A DNA stretch of 62,342 nt, filler included, from Raja brachyura (GCA_963514005.1; 4 parts of 4 records of this genome joined end to end with filler, not necessarily neighbours in it), one strand, 5' to 3'. Positions 38,550 to 51,506 are shown, counted from the first letter of the whole stretch. Translations and numbers: made by a program. The notes: generated by a model from the sequence alone, not told the origin.

Positions 38550-39581
38550 TAGGTATGTTGCAAAACTTACCTTGAGCAGCGCTGCAGTTCTGCCGCTCCC
38601 CGTGTGCGCGACTTTGGCGCCTTTCAGAGGGGGGCGGGCTTAAAGTGCCGTTTTTCAACAGAGCTGGATAATCGATGAATGTTGGGCGATTTCGTTGCGG
38701 AAGAAAAATCGCTCCGACATTTCATCAATGAAGGTATTTTTAAATTACTCTAAATTATTTATTAACTAGAGTAATTTAAAAATCACCTTCAAAAGCCATG
38801 AGCGCCGACAACCGGAAGGATTTTCCGTAGGGGAGAAAGAAGGTAAATAGTTTATTTTTATATTAAAAGTTGTTTTTTTGGGAGGCTTTAATAATATTTT
38901 TATGTTGCGAAATGGGGTCCCAAAAAAATGTATGAACAAACAGTATTTTTCCCCACGACTTCACCGCTAACCGCAACGTTCTAATCCACCGCATTCCACT
39001 AAAACCCACTCGCTAGTTGATTTAAATGGCCATTAATTTACAGGCATAAAACACTAAATTCCTTCCATTTGGCCCAGAAATTCATGAAAATGAGATTTAA
39101 AAATTATGTTATATTGTGGATTATTGTGTGAATGTTATTTGGACACTTAGGCAATTTAAAAAAAGTTTATCTTTTCTTAAGAAATGGATAGATGTTTAGA
39201 TCAACTCATTGAATTTTGTAATTAGCTACAATTAGATAACTAACTAATTATATGCTTTAATTTCAGGTAATCCAAGTAAGATTGTTTCATATTTGTTTCA
39301 GAATGCTTCAATCTATAATAACTGAAAATTTCATTGAGTTCTCTTAATTTTTAAGAAAGTTATGGGCTTTTAACTTCCAGATCACAGCTTTTGAGTTAAG
39401 TCAATTGAAAGGCAATGGGGAGCAAGATGCTCATTTCCGAGTATGAAAATGGCCATAACTTTCTTAATACTGAAGATATGAAAGTAAATTAGGTGTCAAA
39501 TTAAACTTCTTTTTATGCTTTATCTGATGGGATAAATTGCAGACTTGATTTTTAAAATCTCAAAATTTTGTAACATTGCTA
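38550..39581 (-). mobile_element. About 1.03-kb AT-rich non-autonomous DNA transposon (hAT-like ends)
   Basis: Imperfect TIRs TAGGTATGTTGCAAAACTT / TAGCAATGTTACAAAATTT and 7-bp flanking duplication TATAGAG. Other copies start near 1783, 8207, 19566, 29071, 40730 and 49443. Confidence 0.75.
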
Positions 39582-40122
39582 TATAGAGCTCTATGATCTT
39601 TGATTTTATGTCTAGGGGGTGCTATACATAAAATCAAAGATAATAGAGCCCTATAATCTTTGCATAAATTGTTGGAGTAACTTCAACTTGGCAGGTCAGG
39701 CAGCATTTCTGCAGATTGCCTCCAGAAATGTTGCCTGACCTGCTGAGTTACTCCAGCATTTTGTGTATAAATCAGCAATTATCCTTGCAATTATTGCATG
39801 TGTTGCTTTGCATTATTTTGAATGTTGCGAGCAAAGAAGAATTTAAGCAATTTTTAAAAATAGGCATTGGTATTTTGCAAGCACGCTTGCAGCTTCGACC
39901 GCCCACATTGTTCTCTGGGGAAGGGATGTGTCAGGACGGGGCGGGGATATTTGCATTTGTTTTCTGTCGTGTGTGAGGTGCGGAGGGGAGAGGCGGCGAA
40001 GGGGGGGGGGGCGGCCATCGGCACCGGGCGTCGAGCGAAGGCAGCGAGGGGGAAGAAGGCGGGAAAGACGGTTGGGAACGGCGCTCGTCTCCAACTGCCC
40101 GCCCGTTCAAACCCCGGCGGCG

Positions 40123-40530
40123 GTTGCTAGGGGGAAAAGCCCCCGCTCGGCCAATCAGCGACTACCCGGGGGCTGTTACCAGGTGGAAAAGCCCTCGTTC
40201 GGCCAATCAACGACCCCCTCCCGCGGGGGCTGTTGTCAGGCGACAAGCCCCCGCTCGGCCAATCAGCGACCACCCGGGGGCTGTTGCCGGGTGGAAAAGC
40301 CCACTCTCAGCCAATCAGCGACCACCCGGGGGGCTGTTACTAGGTGAAAAAGCCCCCGCTCGGCCAATCAGCGACCGCCCGGGGGCTGTTGCCAGGTGGA
40401 AAAGCCCACTCTCAGCCAATCAGCGACCACCAGGGGGCTGTTGCCGGGCGGTAAAGCCCCCGCTCGGCCAATCAGCGACCACCCGGGGGCTGTTGCCGGG
40501 TGGAAAAGACCCCGTTCAACCAATCAGCGA
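40123..40530 (+). promoter_or_regulatory. Tandem promoter array, 8 x ~52 bp, with X-box-like, CCAAT/Y-box and kB-like motifs, inside a CpG island upstream of the WB ATG
   Basis: CCAATCA at 40151, 40203, 40259, 40311, 40364, 40416, 40468 and 40520. Units also carry GTTRCYRGG-like and most carry GGAAAAGCCC-like motifs. The array ends about 25 bp before ATG 40555. Confidence 0.75.
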
Positions 40531-40554
40531 CCCGGTTGCGGTCTTCCCTCCAAA

Positions 40555-40657
40555 ATGAGGGGCAATGGACGATGGCGATGGCCGCAGGGGAATGGCGGCG
40601 GCGGCGTCCTCCTCCTCCTCCTCCTCATCATCTTCATGCTCGACGCCGCGGCTCTGG
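40555..40657 (+). CDS. WB: MHC W-category beta chain, leader exon
   Basis: aaaATG ... G|gtgagg, phase 1. Encodes MRGNGRWRWPQGNGGGGVLLLLLLIIFMLDAAAL, a signal peptide with a poly-Leu core; in a CpG island. Confidence 0.75.
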
Positions 40658-40729
40658 GTGAGGAGGCTTGGCGGGCGAGGGAGGGAAGATGCGGGACGGC
40701 TGAGGGTGGAGGGAGAGGAGGGTTAAGTC

Positions 40730-41763
40730 TAGCAATGTTACAACATGTAGAGATTTTTAAAAAATCAAGTCTGCAATTTATCCCATCAGATAAAGCATAA
40801 AAAGAAGTTTAATTTGACACCAAATTTACTTTCATATCTTCAGTATTGAGAAAGTTATGGCCATTTTCATACTCGGAAATTAGCATCTTGTTCCCCATTG
40901 CCTTTCAATTGACTTAACTCAAAAGCTGTGATCTAGAACAGTTAAAAGCCCATAACTTTCTTAAAAATTAAGAGAACAATGAAATTTTCAGTTATTATTG
41001 ATTGAAGCATTCTGAAACAAATATTAAACAATCTTACTTGGATTACCTGAAATTAAAGCATATAATTAGTTAGTTATCTAATTGTAGCTAATTACAAAAT
41101 TCAATGAGTAGATCTAAACATCTATCCATTTCTTAAGAAAAGATAAACTTTTTTTAAATTGCCTAAGTGTCCAAATAACATTCACACAATAATCCACAAT
41201 ATAACACAATTTTTAAATCTCATTTTCATGAATTTCTGGGCCAAATGGAAGGAATTTAGTGTTTGATTCCTGTAAATTAATGGCCATTTAAATCAACTAG
41301 CGAGTGGGTTTTAGTGGAATGCGGTGGATTGGAGCGTTGCGGTTAGCGGTGAAGTCGGGGGGAAAAATATTGTGTGTTCATACATTTTTTGGGAACCCAT
41401 TTCGCAACATGAAAATATTATTAAAGCCTCCCGAAAAACCAACTTTTAATATAAAAATAAACTATTTACCTTTTCTTCTCCCCTACGCAAAATCCTTCCG
41501 GTTGTCCGTGCTCACGGCTTTTGAAGGTGATTTTTAAATTACTCTAGTTAATAAATAACTTAGAGTAATTTAAAAATACCTTCATTGATGAAATGTCGGA
41601 GCGATTTGTCTTCCGCAACCAAATCGCCCGACATTCATCGATTGGTCCTGCCTGTTGAAAAACGGCACTTTAAGCCCGCCCCCCTCTGAAAGGCGCCAAA
41701 ATCGCGGACACGGGGAGCGGCAGAAGTGCAGCGCCGCTAAAGGTAAGTTTTGCAACATACCTA
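40730..41763 (+). mobile_element. Full-length copy of the same DNA element, inverted relative to 38550-39581, in WB intron 1
   Basis: tagcaatgttacaac ... aagttttgcaacataccta, followed by further partial copies to about 42600. Confidence 0.75.
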
Positions 41764-44700
41764 ATTTATCCCATCAGATAAAAAGAAGTTTAATTTGACA
41801 CCAAATTCACTTTGATATCTTCAGTATTAAAAAAGTTATAGCCCATTTCATACTCGGAAATTAGCATCTTGTTCCCTATTGCCTTTCAATTGACTTAACT
41901 CAAAAGCTGTGATCTGGAACAGCTAAAAGCCCATAACTTTTTTAAAAATTAAGAGAACTCAATGAAATTTTCAGTTATTATAGATTTAAGCATTCTGAAA
42001 CAAATATGACACAATCTTACTTGGATGACCTGAAATTAAAGCATGTAATTAGTTAGTTGCCCCGTTGTAGCTAATTACAAAATTCAATTACTAGATCTAA
42101 ACATCTATCCATTTCTTAAGAAAAGATTAACATTTTTTAATAGCCCAAGTGTCCAAATAACATGCACACAAGAATTCACAATATAACATGATTTTTAAAT
42201 CTCATTGTCATGAATTTATAGGCCAAATGGTAGGAATGTTACAAAATTTTGAGATTTAAAAAATCAAGTCTGCAATTTATCACATCATATAAAGCATAAA
42301 ATGAAGTTTAATTTTACATCTAATTCACTTTCATATCTTCAGTATTAAAAAAGTTATGGCCATTTTCATACTCGGATATTAGCATCTTGTTCCCCATTGC
42401 TTTTCCATTGACTGAACACAAAAGCTGTGATTGAGGACAGCCAAAAGCCCAAAACTTCCTTAAAAATTAAGAGAACTTGAAGACATTTTCAGTTATTATA
42501 GATTGAAGCATTCTGAAACAAATATGAAACAATCTTACTTGGATGACCTGAAATTAAAGCATATAATTAGTTAGTTATCTAATTGTAGCTAATTACAAAA
42601 TTTGGTCTCCAAATCTGAGGAAAGACATTCTTGCCATAGAGGGAGTACAGAGAAGGTTCACCAGACTGATTCCTGGGATGGCAGGACTTTCATATGAAGA
42701 AAGACTGGATAGACTCGGCTTGTATTCGCTAGAATTTAGAAGATTGAGGGGGGATCTTATGGAAACTTACAAAATTCTTAAGGGGTTGGACAGGCTAGAT
42801 GCAGGAAGATTGTTCCCGATGTTGGGGAAGTCCAGAACAAGGGGTCACAGTTCAAAGATAAGGGGGAAATGTTTTAGGACCGAGATGAGAAAAACATTTT
42901 ACACACAGAGAGTGGTGAGTCTGTGGAATTCTCTGCCACAGAAGGTAGTTGAGGCCAGTTCATAGGCTATAGGGGATTTGCATGAAAGGTCACTGGGTCA
43001 TGGGGCTTGACGCACGGAGCCGCCCAATCCATCTGGAGGACATCCGTCACTTCCGGTATATGTTATTAATGCAAGAAATTCGTACTTTCCTACCTGTTAA
43101 AAAAACGCCAAAATGGTGGATTTTTGCGCTGTAAGAAATCGTGGAAGTCGGGGTAAGCGTGAGAGACGTACCCAACTGCAGAATTCCAAAAGTGAAGCGA
43201 AATGAAGGTACTATATACCGTCATTTCTCCTCACTTTTGGAATATCGAAGTAGGCTAAATGTCTCTCACGCTTATCCCGATTTGCATAATTATTTACAGT
43301 GCAAAAATTGACCATTTTGGCGGGTTTTAACGGGCCCGCTACGCTGCAAGTGCTTACCTGCAGTTCATGGCGTGTAATCCACTTGGGGTAGCGTAGCAAC
43401 AGCACGGGTCATGGGTCGTGACCCGATTGCCGTGAAACCTCCCAATATTTAAGAGGGAGTTAGATGTGGCCCTTGTGGCTGGAGGGATCAGGGGGTATGG
43501 AGAGAAGGCAGGTACGGGATACTGAGTTGGATGATCAGCCATGATCATATTGAATGGCGGTGCAGGCTCGATTGATTGTTTTATTTTAGCTATCATCCGA
43601 AGCTGGAAGAAGCTCGCTTTTACCACGGCATTGACTTGTTTGTCAAATTTCAGTGCTGAGTCAAATATCATGCCAAGATTTTTGAAGTGAGGTTTGAGTA
43701 GTAGGGTAAGGCTTCCAAGGCTGCCTACTATCATTTTGATTGAGTCTGAGGGTCCAAGAAGGATGACCTCAGAGGGCGGAGGGGATAAGGGTTGAGGGAG
43801 ATGAGGGATGAGGAGGGTGGAGGGAGAGGAGGGTGGAGGGGGAAGAGGGATGAGGAAGAGGAGGGTTGAGAGGGTGGAGGTTTGAGGGAGATGAGGGTGA
43901 GGAAGGGGAGGGAGAAGAGGGTGGAGGGAAAGGCGGGGTGAGTGTGGTGGAGGGAGAGGAGGGTTGAGAGGATGGTGGGTGAGGAGGGGGGAGAGAGGAG
44001 GGATGAGAAAGAGGAGGGCTGAAGGGATGGAGGGAGAGGAGGGTTGAGGGAGAGGACAGAGGGTTGAGTGGGTGGAGGGAGAGGAGGGTTGAGAGGATGG
44101 TGGGTGAGGAGGGGGGAGGGAGAGGAGGGATGAGAAAGAGGAGGGCTGAAGGGATGGAGGAAGAGGGTGGAGGGAGAGGAGGGTTGAGGGAGAGGACAGA
44201 GGGTTAAGGGTGGAGGGGGAGGGAAATGAGGGGGGAGGGAGAGGAGGGGGAGGGAGATGAGGGGGGATGGAGGGGGAGGGAGAGGGTTAAGGGTGGAGGG
44301 GGAGGGAAATGAGGGGGGAGGGAGAGGAGGGGGAGGGAGATGAGGGGGGATGGAGGGGGGAGGGAGAGGAGGGTTGGGGTTGAGGGAGAGGACGATGATG
44401 ATGGAGGGTTGAGTGGATAGAGGGAAAGGAGGGATGAGAAAGAGGAGGGTTGAGGGGGTGGAGGGGAAGAGGGTGGAGGGAGAGAGGATTGTGGAGCGAG
44501 AAGAGGTTTGAGGTAGAGGAGGGTTGAGAGTGGGTGGAGGGTTGAGAGGGAAGAAGTGTATGGGGTGGAGGGTGAAGAGGAGGAGGGTGAGGGGGTAGGG
44601 ATGAAGAGGGTGGGAGTGGAGGTTTGAGAGGGTGTGAGGTTGAAAAGAATGGGGCGAAGGGGGTAGGAACATACAAGGAATTTGCCTTGGTGCTCCACTC

Positions 44701-44814
44701 GCAAGTGACAACATGACATACACTGACAGTTGAGAATGATACGTAAAACATTAAAAATCAATAATAAAACATTATTGATTAAACATGTGAATTAAATAAA
44801 ATACCAGAGCAAAA

Positions 44815-45100
44815 GGGTTGCTGCCTTACAGCCAATGCAGCGCCGGAGACCCGGGTTCCATCCCGACTACGTGTGCTGTCTGTACGGAGTTTGTACGTTC
44901 TCCCCGTGACTTTTCTCCGAGATCTTCGGTTTCCTCCCACACTCCATAGACGCGCAGGTTTGTAGGTTAATTGGCTTGGTAAATGTAAAAATTGACCCTG
45001 GTGTGTGTAGAATGGTGTTAATGTGCGGGGATCGCTGGTCGGCGCGGACCCGGTGGGCCGAAGGGCCTGTTTCTGCGCTGTATGACTAAACTAAACTAAA
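44815..45100 (+). mobile_element. tRNA-derived V-SINE (HE1-like); other copies at about 14565-14830(-), 49250-49442(+) and 53320-53645(-)
   Basis: B-box-like gggttccatccc, V-domain-like ggagtttgtacgttctccccgtg...ggtttcctcccac, tail gggccgaagggcctgtttc...(taaac)n. Confidence 0.7.
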
Positions 45101-48100
45101 TGACAGTGGGAGAGGATGAAGAGCAGCACGTTGTCTGGGTTTGACGGTATTGAGCCTGTACCCTCTAGAGTTTAGAACTTAAGGACCGTGACATAGAAAC
45201 ATAGAAAAATAGGTGCAGGAGTAGGCCATTCGGCCCTTCGAGCCTGCACCGCCATTCAATGTGATCATGGCTGATCATCCAACTCAGTATCCCGTACCTG
45301 CCTTCTCTCCATACCCCCTGATCCCTTTAGCCACAAGTGCCACATCTAACTCCCTCTTAAATATAGCCAATGAACTGGCCTCAACTACCTTCTGTGGCAG
45401 AGAATTCCAGAGACCCACCACTCTCTGTGTAAAGAATGTTTTCCTCATCTCGGTCCTAAAGGAATTCCCCCTTATCTTTAGACTGTGACCCCTTGTTCTG
45501 GACTCCCCCAACATCGGGAACAATCTTCCAGCATCTAGCCTGTCCAACCCCTTAAGACTTCATGGAAGCTTATGGAATAGTCAAAGGCCTGGAAAAGCGG
45601 ATGTGGGGAGGATGTTTCTGATAGGGGAAGAGTCTAAGACCAGTGGGCACAGCCTCAGAAAGGAATTTCTTTAGCTAGATGGTGGCGAATCTGTGGAATT
45701 CATTGCCATAGAAAGCTGTGGAGGTCAAGTCATCGGGTATTTTTAAGGCAGAGATTGACAGGTTCTTGATTAGCCCGGTTGTCATGGGGTTACGGGGAGA
45801 AGGCAGGGGAATGGGATTGAGAGGGCGAGATATATCAGCCGGAGTAGACCTGATGAGCTGAGTGGCTTAATTTTGCTCCTTATGGGTGGTGTGTGGGAGT
45901 GAAGGCTGGAGCATTGTGTGAAGAAAGCATCTTGCCTGGTAACATCACGATCTGGTTTGGGAACAGCTCTGTCCAGGACAGGAAGGCTCTGCAGAGAGTA
46001 GTGTGTTCGGCCGAACACACCATGGGAACTACACTCACCCCCCCCCCCGCAGGACCTATACACCAGGAGGTGCAGATCCAGAGCCAGCCACTATGGGGGA
46101 CCCCTTCCACCCCAGCAACAGACTGTTCCAGCTGCTACGATCAGGCAAGCACCTCCGCTGTATATGCAGTATGCAGTATAATGTGGATAAATGTGAGGTT
46201 ATCCACTTTGGTGGCAAAAATAGGAAAACAGACTATTATCTAAATGGAGGCCGATTAGGAAAAGGGGAGAGGCAGCGTGACCTAGGTGTCATGGTACACC
46301 AGTCATTGAAAGTAGGCATGCAGGTGCAGCCGGCAGTGAAGAAAGCGAATGGTATGTTAGCTTTCATAGCAAAAGGATTTGAGTATAGGAGCAGGGAGGT
46401 TCTACTTCAGTTGTATAGGGTCTTGGTGAGACCACACCTGGAGTATTGCATACAGTTCTGGTCTCCAAATCTGAGGAAGGACATTATTGCCATAGAGGGA
46501 GTGCAGAGAAGGTTCACCAGACTGATTCCTGGGATGTCAGGACTATCTGAGGAAGGACATTATTGCCATAGAGGGAGTGCAGAGAAGGTTCTCCAAACTG
46601 ATTCCTGGGTTGTCAGGACTGTCTTATGAACAAAGACTGCATAGACTCGGTTTATACTCTCTAGAATTTAGGAGATTGAGAGTGGATCTTATAGAAACTT
46701 ACAAAATCCTTAAGGGGTTGGACAGGCTAGATGCAGGAAGATTGTTCCCGATGTTGGGGAGGTCCAGGACAAGGGGTCACAGCTTAAGGATAAGGGGGAA
46801 ATCCTTTAGGACCGAGATGAGAAGGACTTTTTTCACACAGAGAGTGGTGGGTCTCTGGAACTCTCTGCCTCAGAGGGTAGTTGAGGCCAGTTTATTGGCT
46901 ATATTTAAGAGGGAGTTAGATGTGGCCCGTGTGGCTAAGGCGATCAGAGGGTATGGAGAGAAGGCAGGTACGGGATACTGAGTTGGATGATCAGCCATGA
47001 TCATATTGAATGGTGGTGCGGCCTCGAAGGGCCGAATGGCCTCTACTCCTGCACCTAATTTCTATGTTTCTATGCTGTCACGCTGTGAAAACAGAGAAGA
47101 TGAGACGGAGTTTCTTGCCACAGGCAGTCAGAACTGTTAACTTCAATCTAACCAGGGACTAATTTGTGTTGCGTCTTAAAATTTCTTTTCTCTTCTAAAA
47201 TGTAAATACTGGCTCTGTTCTGTAGTTTTTGCACAATCCGCAGGCATTGCCACCTTCATTTCACTGCACATCTTGTATGTGTATGACAAAGTTGACTTGA
47301 TTTGAAGAGGACGGGGTTGGAGGGGGAGGTGAAGAGGGCATGGGTGACAATAGAGAATGGACAATAGCTGCAGGAGTAGGCCATTCGGCTCTTCGAGCCA
47401 GCACCACCATTCAATGTGATCACGGCTGATCATCACAAATCAGTGTCTGAAGAAGGGTTTCGGGCCCGAAACGTCGCCTATCTCCTTCGCTCCTTAGATG
47501 CTGCTGCACCCGCTGAGTTTCTCCAGCCTTTTGTGTATCCCAAATCAGTATCCCGTTCCTGCCGCCTCCCCAGATCCCCTGACTCCGCTATTTTTAAGAG
47601 CTCGCTCTTGAAAGCATCCGGAGAACCTGCCTCCACCGCTCTCTGAGGCAGAGAATTCCACAGACTCAAAACTCTCTGTGAGAAAAAGTGTCTCCTCGTC
47701 TCTGTTCTAAATGGCTTACTCCTTATTCTTAAACTGTGGCCCCTGGTTCTGGACTCCCCCAACATCGGGAACATGTTTCCTGCCTCCAGCATGTCCAAAC
47801 CCTTAACAATCTTAGGGTACACAAAATGCTGGTGAAACTCAGCGGGTGCAGCAGCATCTATGGAGTGAAGGAGATTGGTAACGTTTCGGGCCGAAACCCT
47901 TCTTCAGACCCTACTCCTTAAGTCTACTCCTTAACAATCTTATATGTTTCAATGAGATCCCCTCTCATCCTTCTAAACTATACAAGCCCAGCTGCTCCAT
48001 TCTCTCGGCATATGACAATCCCGCCATCCCGGGAATTAACCTTGTAAACCTACGGTGCACTCCCTCAATAATCTATATTAAGGTGGGGGGTGAAGATGGC

Positions 48101-48199
48101 AGCAGGTAAGGGGGGGTGAAGAGGGCATGTGGTGAGTGGGTGTCTTTCCCCCCCCCCCCGCAGTACGTGACATCGATTATTAATTTTTCCGCTCACCAG

Positions 48200-48457
48200 G
48201 GATGCACGTGGGCCAATTGAGCTTCTCTTGCGTTGGCGAAGATTTTTCCCTGACGATCCTGCGGTTTGCGTTCGACGGCGAAGAGTTCATCCGCTTCGAA
48301 TACTCCTCGAACAAGTTTGTGGCCAAACACCCCCTGGCGGAGCCATACGCCGATGAGCTGAACAACAATGAGAGAGTTATCAGAAACGTTGCCCGCTACA
48401 TTCGTCGCGTGCCGTTGATCTCGCACATAATTAAAGAAGGCATCCGAGCTGAGACTG
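48200..48457 (+). CDS. WB: MHC W-category beta chain, beta1 (groove) domain exon
   Basis: ttttccgctcaccag| ... G|gtaagg, 258 bp. Encodes GMHVGQLSFSCVGEDFSLTILRFAFDGEEFIRFEYSSNKFVAKHPLAEPYADELNNNERVIRNVARYIRRVPLISHIIKEGIRAET, with class I alpha2-like HxxQxxxxC and AxDG motifs. Confidence 0.85.
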
Positions 48458-48649
48458 GTAAGGTTTTGCATGGCTGAAGGTGGCGGAAAGGTTGGTGGGC
48501 AACGTGTTCGGTACGGAGGCTGACGGAGGTGATGAGTAGAGTCTCTGCAAGAGGCAGGGTGGGAGGAGCAATCTGTTATAAGACATCCGAGATGCCCTCA
48601 CAAGTGATACCTGGACTAAACCTACTCCCATCCAGCTTCTATCTCTTAA

Positions 48650-49199
48650 GGGCCTGTCCCACCAGCATGCAACTCTATGCGATGAGCGCGACCTAATGCG
48701 GTCGCTTGAGCCGTCCGGTGTGGCGGGGCCGGTCCCACTTCGATCGCCGGAATTGTGCGTAGTTCGTCCTGACATCGCGCGGGGCTCCGATAAACTGACT
48801 ATGTTCAAAAATTCCGCGCGGCAACGGCTTGTCGGCTCACAGTCGCCTTGACGCATTGCACACCGCCTCGACGTTGTGCCTCTCTGTAGGTCCCTCCATT
48901 ACCCTCTATGTGTGTGGCTCCTCTCTGTGTGTGCCTCTGTGCCCCTCTCTGTGTGCCCCTCTCTGACCTGGCGAACTTACCTTTAAGACTTCGCTCCAAG
49001 TTCGCCTCACTTTGCGCCGCGTTGCGCCACTCACCCGACCTCCGCGCGGCCCTCGCTGCCAGTTTGGTCGCGCTTGCCGCATGCAGGCGCATGCTGGTGG
49101 GAACGGCCCTGTACAGGGGATCACCCGACCTCCGCGCGGCCCCCGCTTCTAGTTTGATCGCGCTCATCGCTTGGAGTCGGATGCTGGTGGGACAGGCCC
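48650..49199. mobile_element. PIF/Harbinger-like MITE in the WB beta1-beta2 intron
   Basis: 19-bp perfect TIR GGGCCTGTCCCACCAGCAT; flanks taa / tat (TWA-like). Confidence 0.7.
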
Positions 49200-51506
49200 T
49201 ATACTCTCAGTTTCACTGCCTCCCAGGATGAAGCCTGACTACGAGCGCATGTCTGTATGGAGTCTGCATGTTCTCCCCATGACCTGCTTGGGATTTCTCC
49301 AAGATATTCGGTTTCCTCCTCCACTCCAAAGACAAGCAAAGGCTAATTTTCTTGGGGTAAATGTAAAACATTGTACCAAGTGTGTGTTAATGTGCGGGGA
49401 TGCCTGATCGGTGCGGGCTCGATGGGCTGAAGGGCCTGTATCTAGCAATGTTACAACATTTTGAGATTTTAAAAATCAAGTCTGCAATTTATCCCATCAG
49501 ATAAAGCATAAAATGAAGTTTAATTTGACACCTAATTCACTTTCATATCTTCAGTAGTAAAAAGGTTATGGCCATTTTCCTACTCGGAAATTAGCATCTT
49601 GTTCCCCATTGCTTTTCCATTGACTCATCACAAAAGGTGTGATCGAGGACAGTCAAAAGCCCATAACTTTCTTAAAAATTAAGAGAACTGAAATAAATTT
49701 CCAGTTATTACAGATTGAAGCATTCTGACACAAATATGAAACAATCTTACTTGGATGACCTGAAATTAAAGCATATAATTAGTTACACTACAATACAATA
49801 CGGTTTTATTCGTCACATTGCACATAATATGCAAGTGAAATTAATTTGCCAGCACCGGTACAATGATAAAGAACACACAATATACAATAAAAGTTAGTTA
49901 CCTAATTTTAGCTAATTGCAAAATTCGATTACTAGATCTAAACATCTATCCATTTCTTAAGAAAAGATTAACATTTTTAAATAGCCCAAGTGTCCAAATA
50001 ACATTCACACAAGAATTCACAATATAACATGATTTTTAAATCTCATTGTCATAAATTGATAGGCCAAATGGAAGGAATTTAGTGTTTATTTCCTGTAAAT
50101 TAATGGCCATTTGAATCATCTTGCGAGTGGGATTTTGTGGAACGCGATCGTTTGGAACGTTGCGGTTGCGGTGAATTTAAACCCCCATATCGGCAGGAAA
50201 CATAGAAACGTAGAAATTAGGTGCAGGAGTAGGCCATTCGGCCCTTCGAGCCTGCACCGCCATTCAATATGATCATGGCTGATCATCCAACTCAGTATCC
50301 CGTACCTGCCTTCTCTCCATACCCTCTGATCCCCTTAGCCACAAGGGCCACATCTAACTCCCTCTTAAATATAGCCAATGAACTGGCCTCAACTACCCTC
50401 TGTGGCAGAGAGTTCCAGAGACCCACCACTCTCTGTGAAAAAATTCCTTCTCATCTCGGTCCTTAAGGATTTCCCCCTTATCCTTAAGCTGTGACCCCTT
50501 GTCCTGGTCCTCCCCAACATCGGGAACAATCTTCCTGCATCTAGCCTGTCCAACCCCTTAAGAATCTTGTAAGTTTCTATAAGATCCCCTCTCAATCTCC
50601 TAAATTCTAGAGAGTATAAACCGCGTCTATGCAGTCTTTGTTCATAAGACAGTCCTGCCATCCCGGGAATCAGTGGTGAACCTTCGCTGCACTCCCTCTA
50701 TGGCAATAATGTCCTTCCTCAGATTTGGAGACCAGAACTGTACGCAATACTCCAGGTGTGGCCTCACCAAGACCCTGTACAACTGAAGTAGAACCTCCCC
50801 TGCTCCTATACTCAAATCCTTTTGCTATGAAAGCTAACATACCATTGGCTTTCTTCACTGCCTGCTGCACCTGTGAAAACGACCCGTTTACTCCTACTCT
50901 TTGCTTCCTGTTTGCCAGCCAGTTCTCTATCCACATCAATACTGAACCCCCAATGCCGTATGCTTGAAGTTTATATACTAATCGCTTAAATACTGAAAAA
51001 TACTGCCGGTTCGTATGGGGCCTAAATCACCTTTTCGCAGTGTAAAATTTGGATTAAGGTCATCCTGAGAAGCACGTATATATATATAAAATAAACGGCT
51101 TTCTTTTAGCTGTCCCGTACGTGAAATCTGTCCCGGTTATTGGCGTTGATGGCATTAGAAGCGGATTTCTATTTTACTCCAACGCTGAAATTGCCCTGCG
51201 ATTTATAACAAAAAATTCACATCACGGCAATCGGAATAATTCTGCAGCATTAGCTAGCACCCCGAGAGAATATATCCAGGTCAGGCAGGAGAAAAAACAT
51301 TTTAACCTCGCCCCCCCCCCCCCCTCAAAGGCGCTAAAGTCGCACACAAGGCCAGGGGAAGAACTGCAGTTAAGTTTTGTAACATACCTACTGTATCACT
51401 AAACTAAGCTAAACCAATTTTGAATAGCTTAAATCATGTTGGCATTGTTTTTCCTGACACCGCCAAGCACGTTTACACTCTGTGCGTTCTTTCCCGTCCA
51501 CTTCAG

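Noticed and set aside
46003-46981. Long RT-like ORFs as host genes
   Set aside because: Truncated or rearranged CR1 ORF2 fragments; no full-length element in the window.
48164-48199. Upstream acceptor (cccgcag|tacgtg) for the beta1 exon
   Set aside because: Phase-1 reading hits TAA after six codons; the acceptor ending at 48199 gives an open exon.
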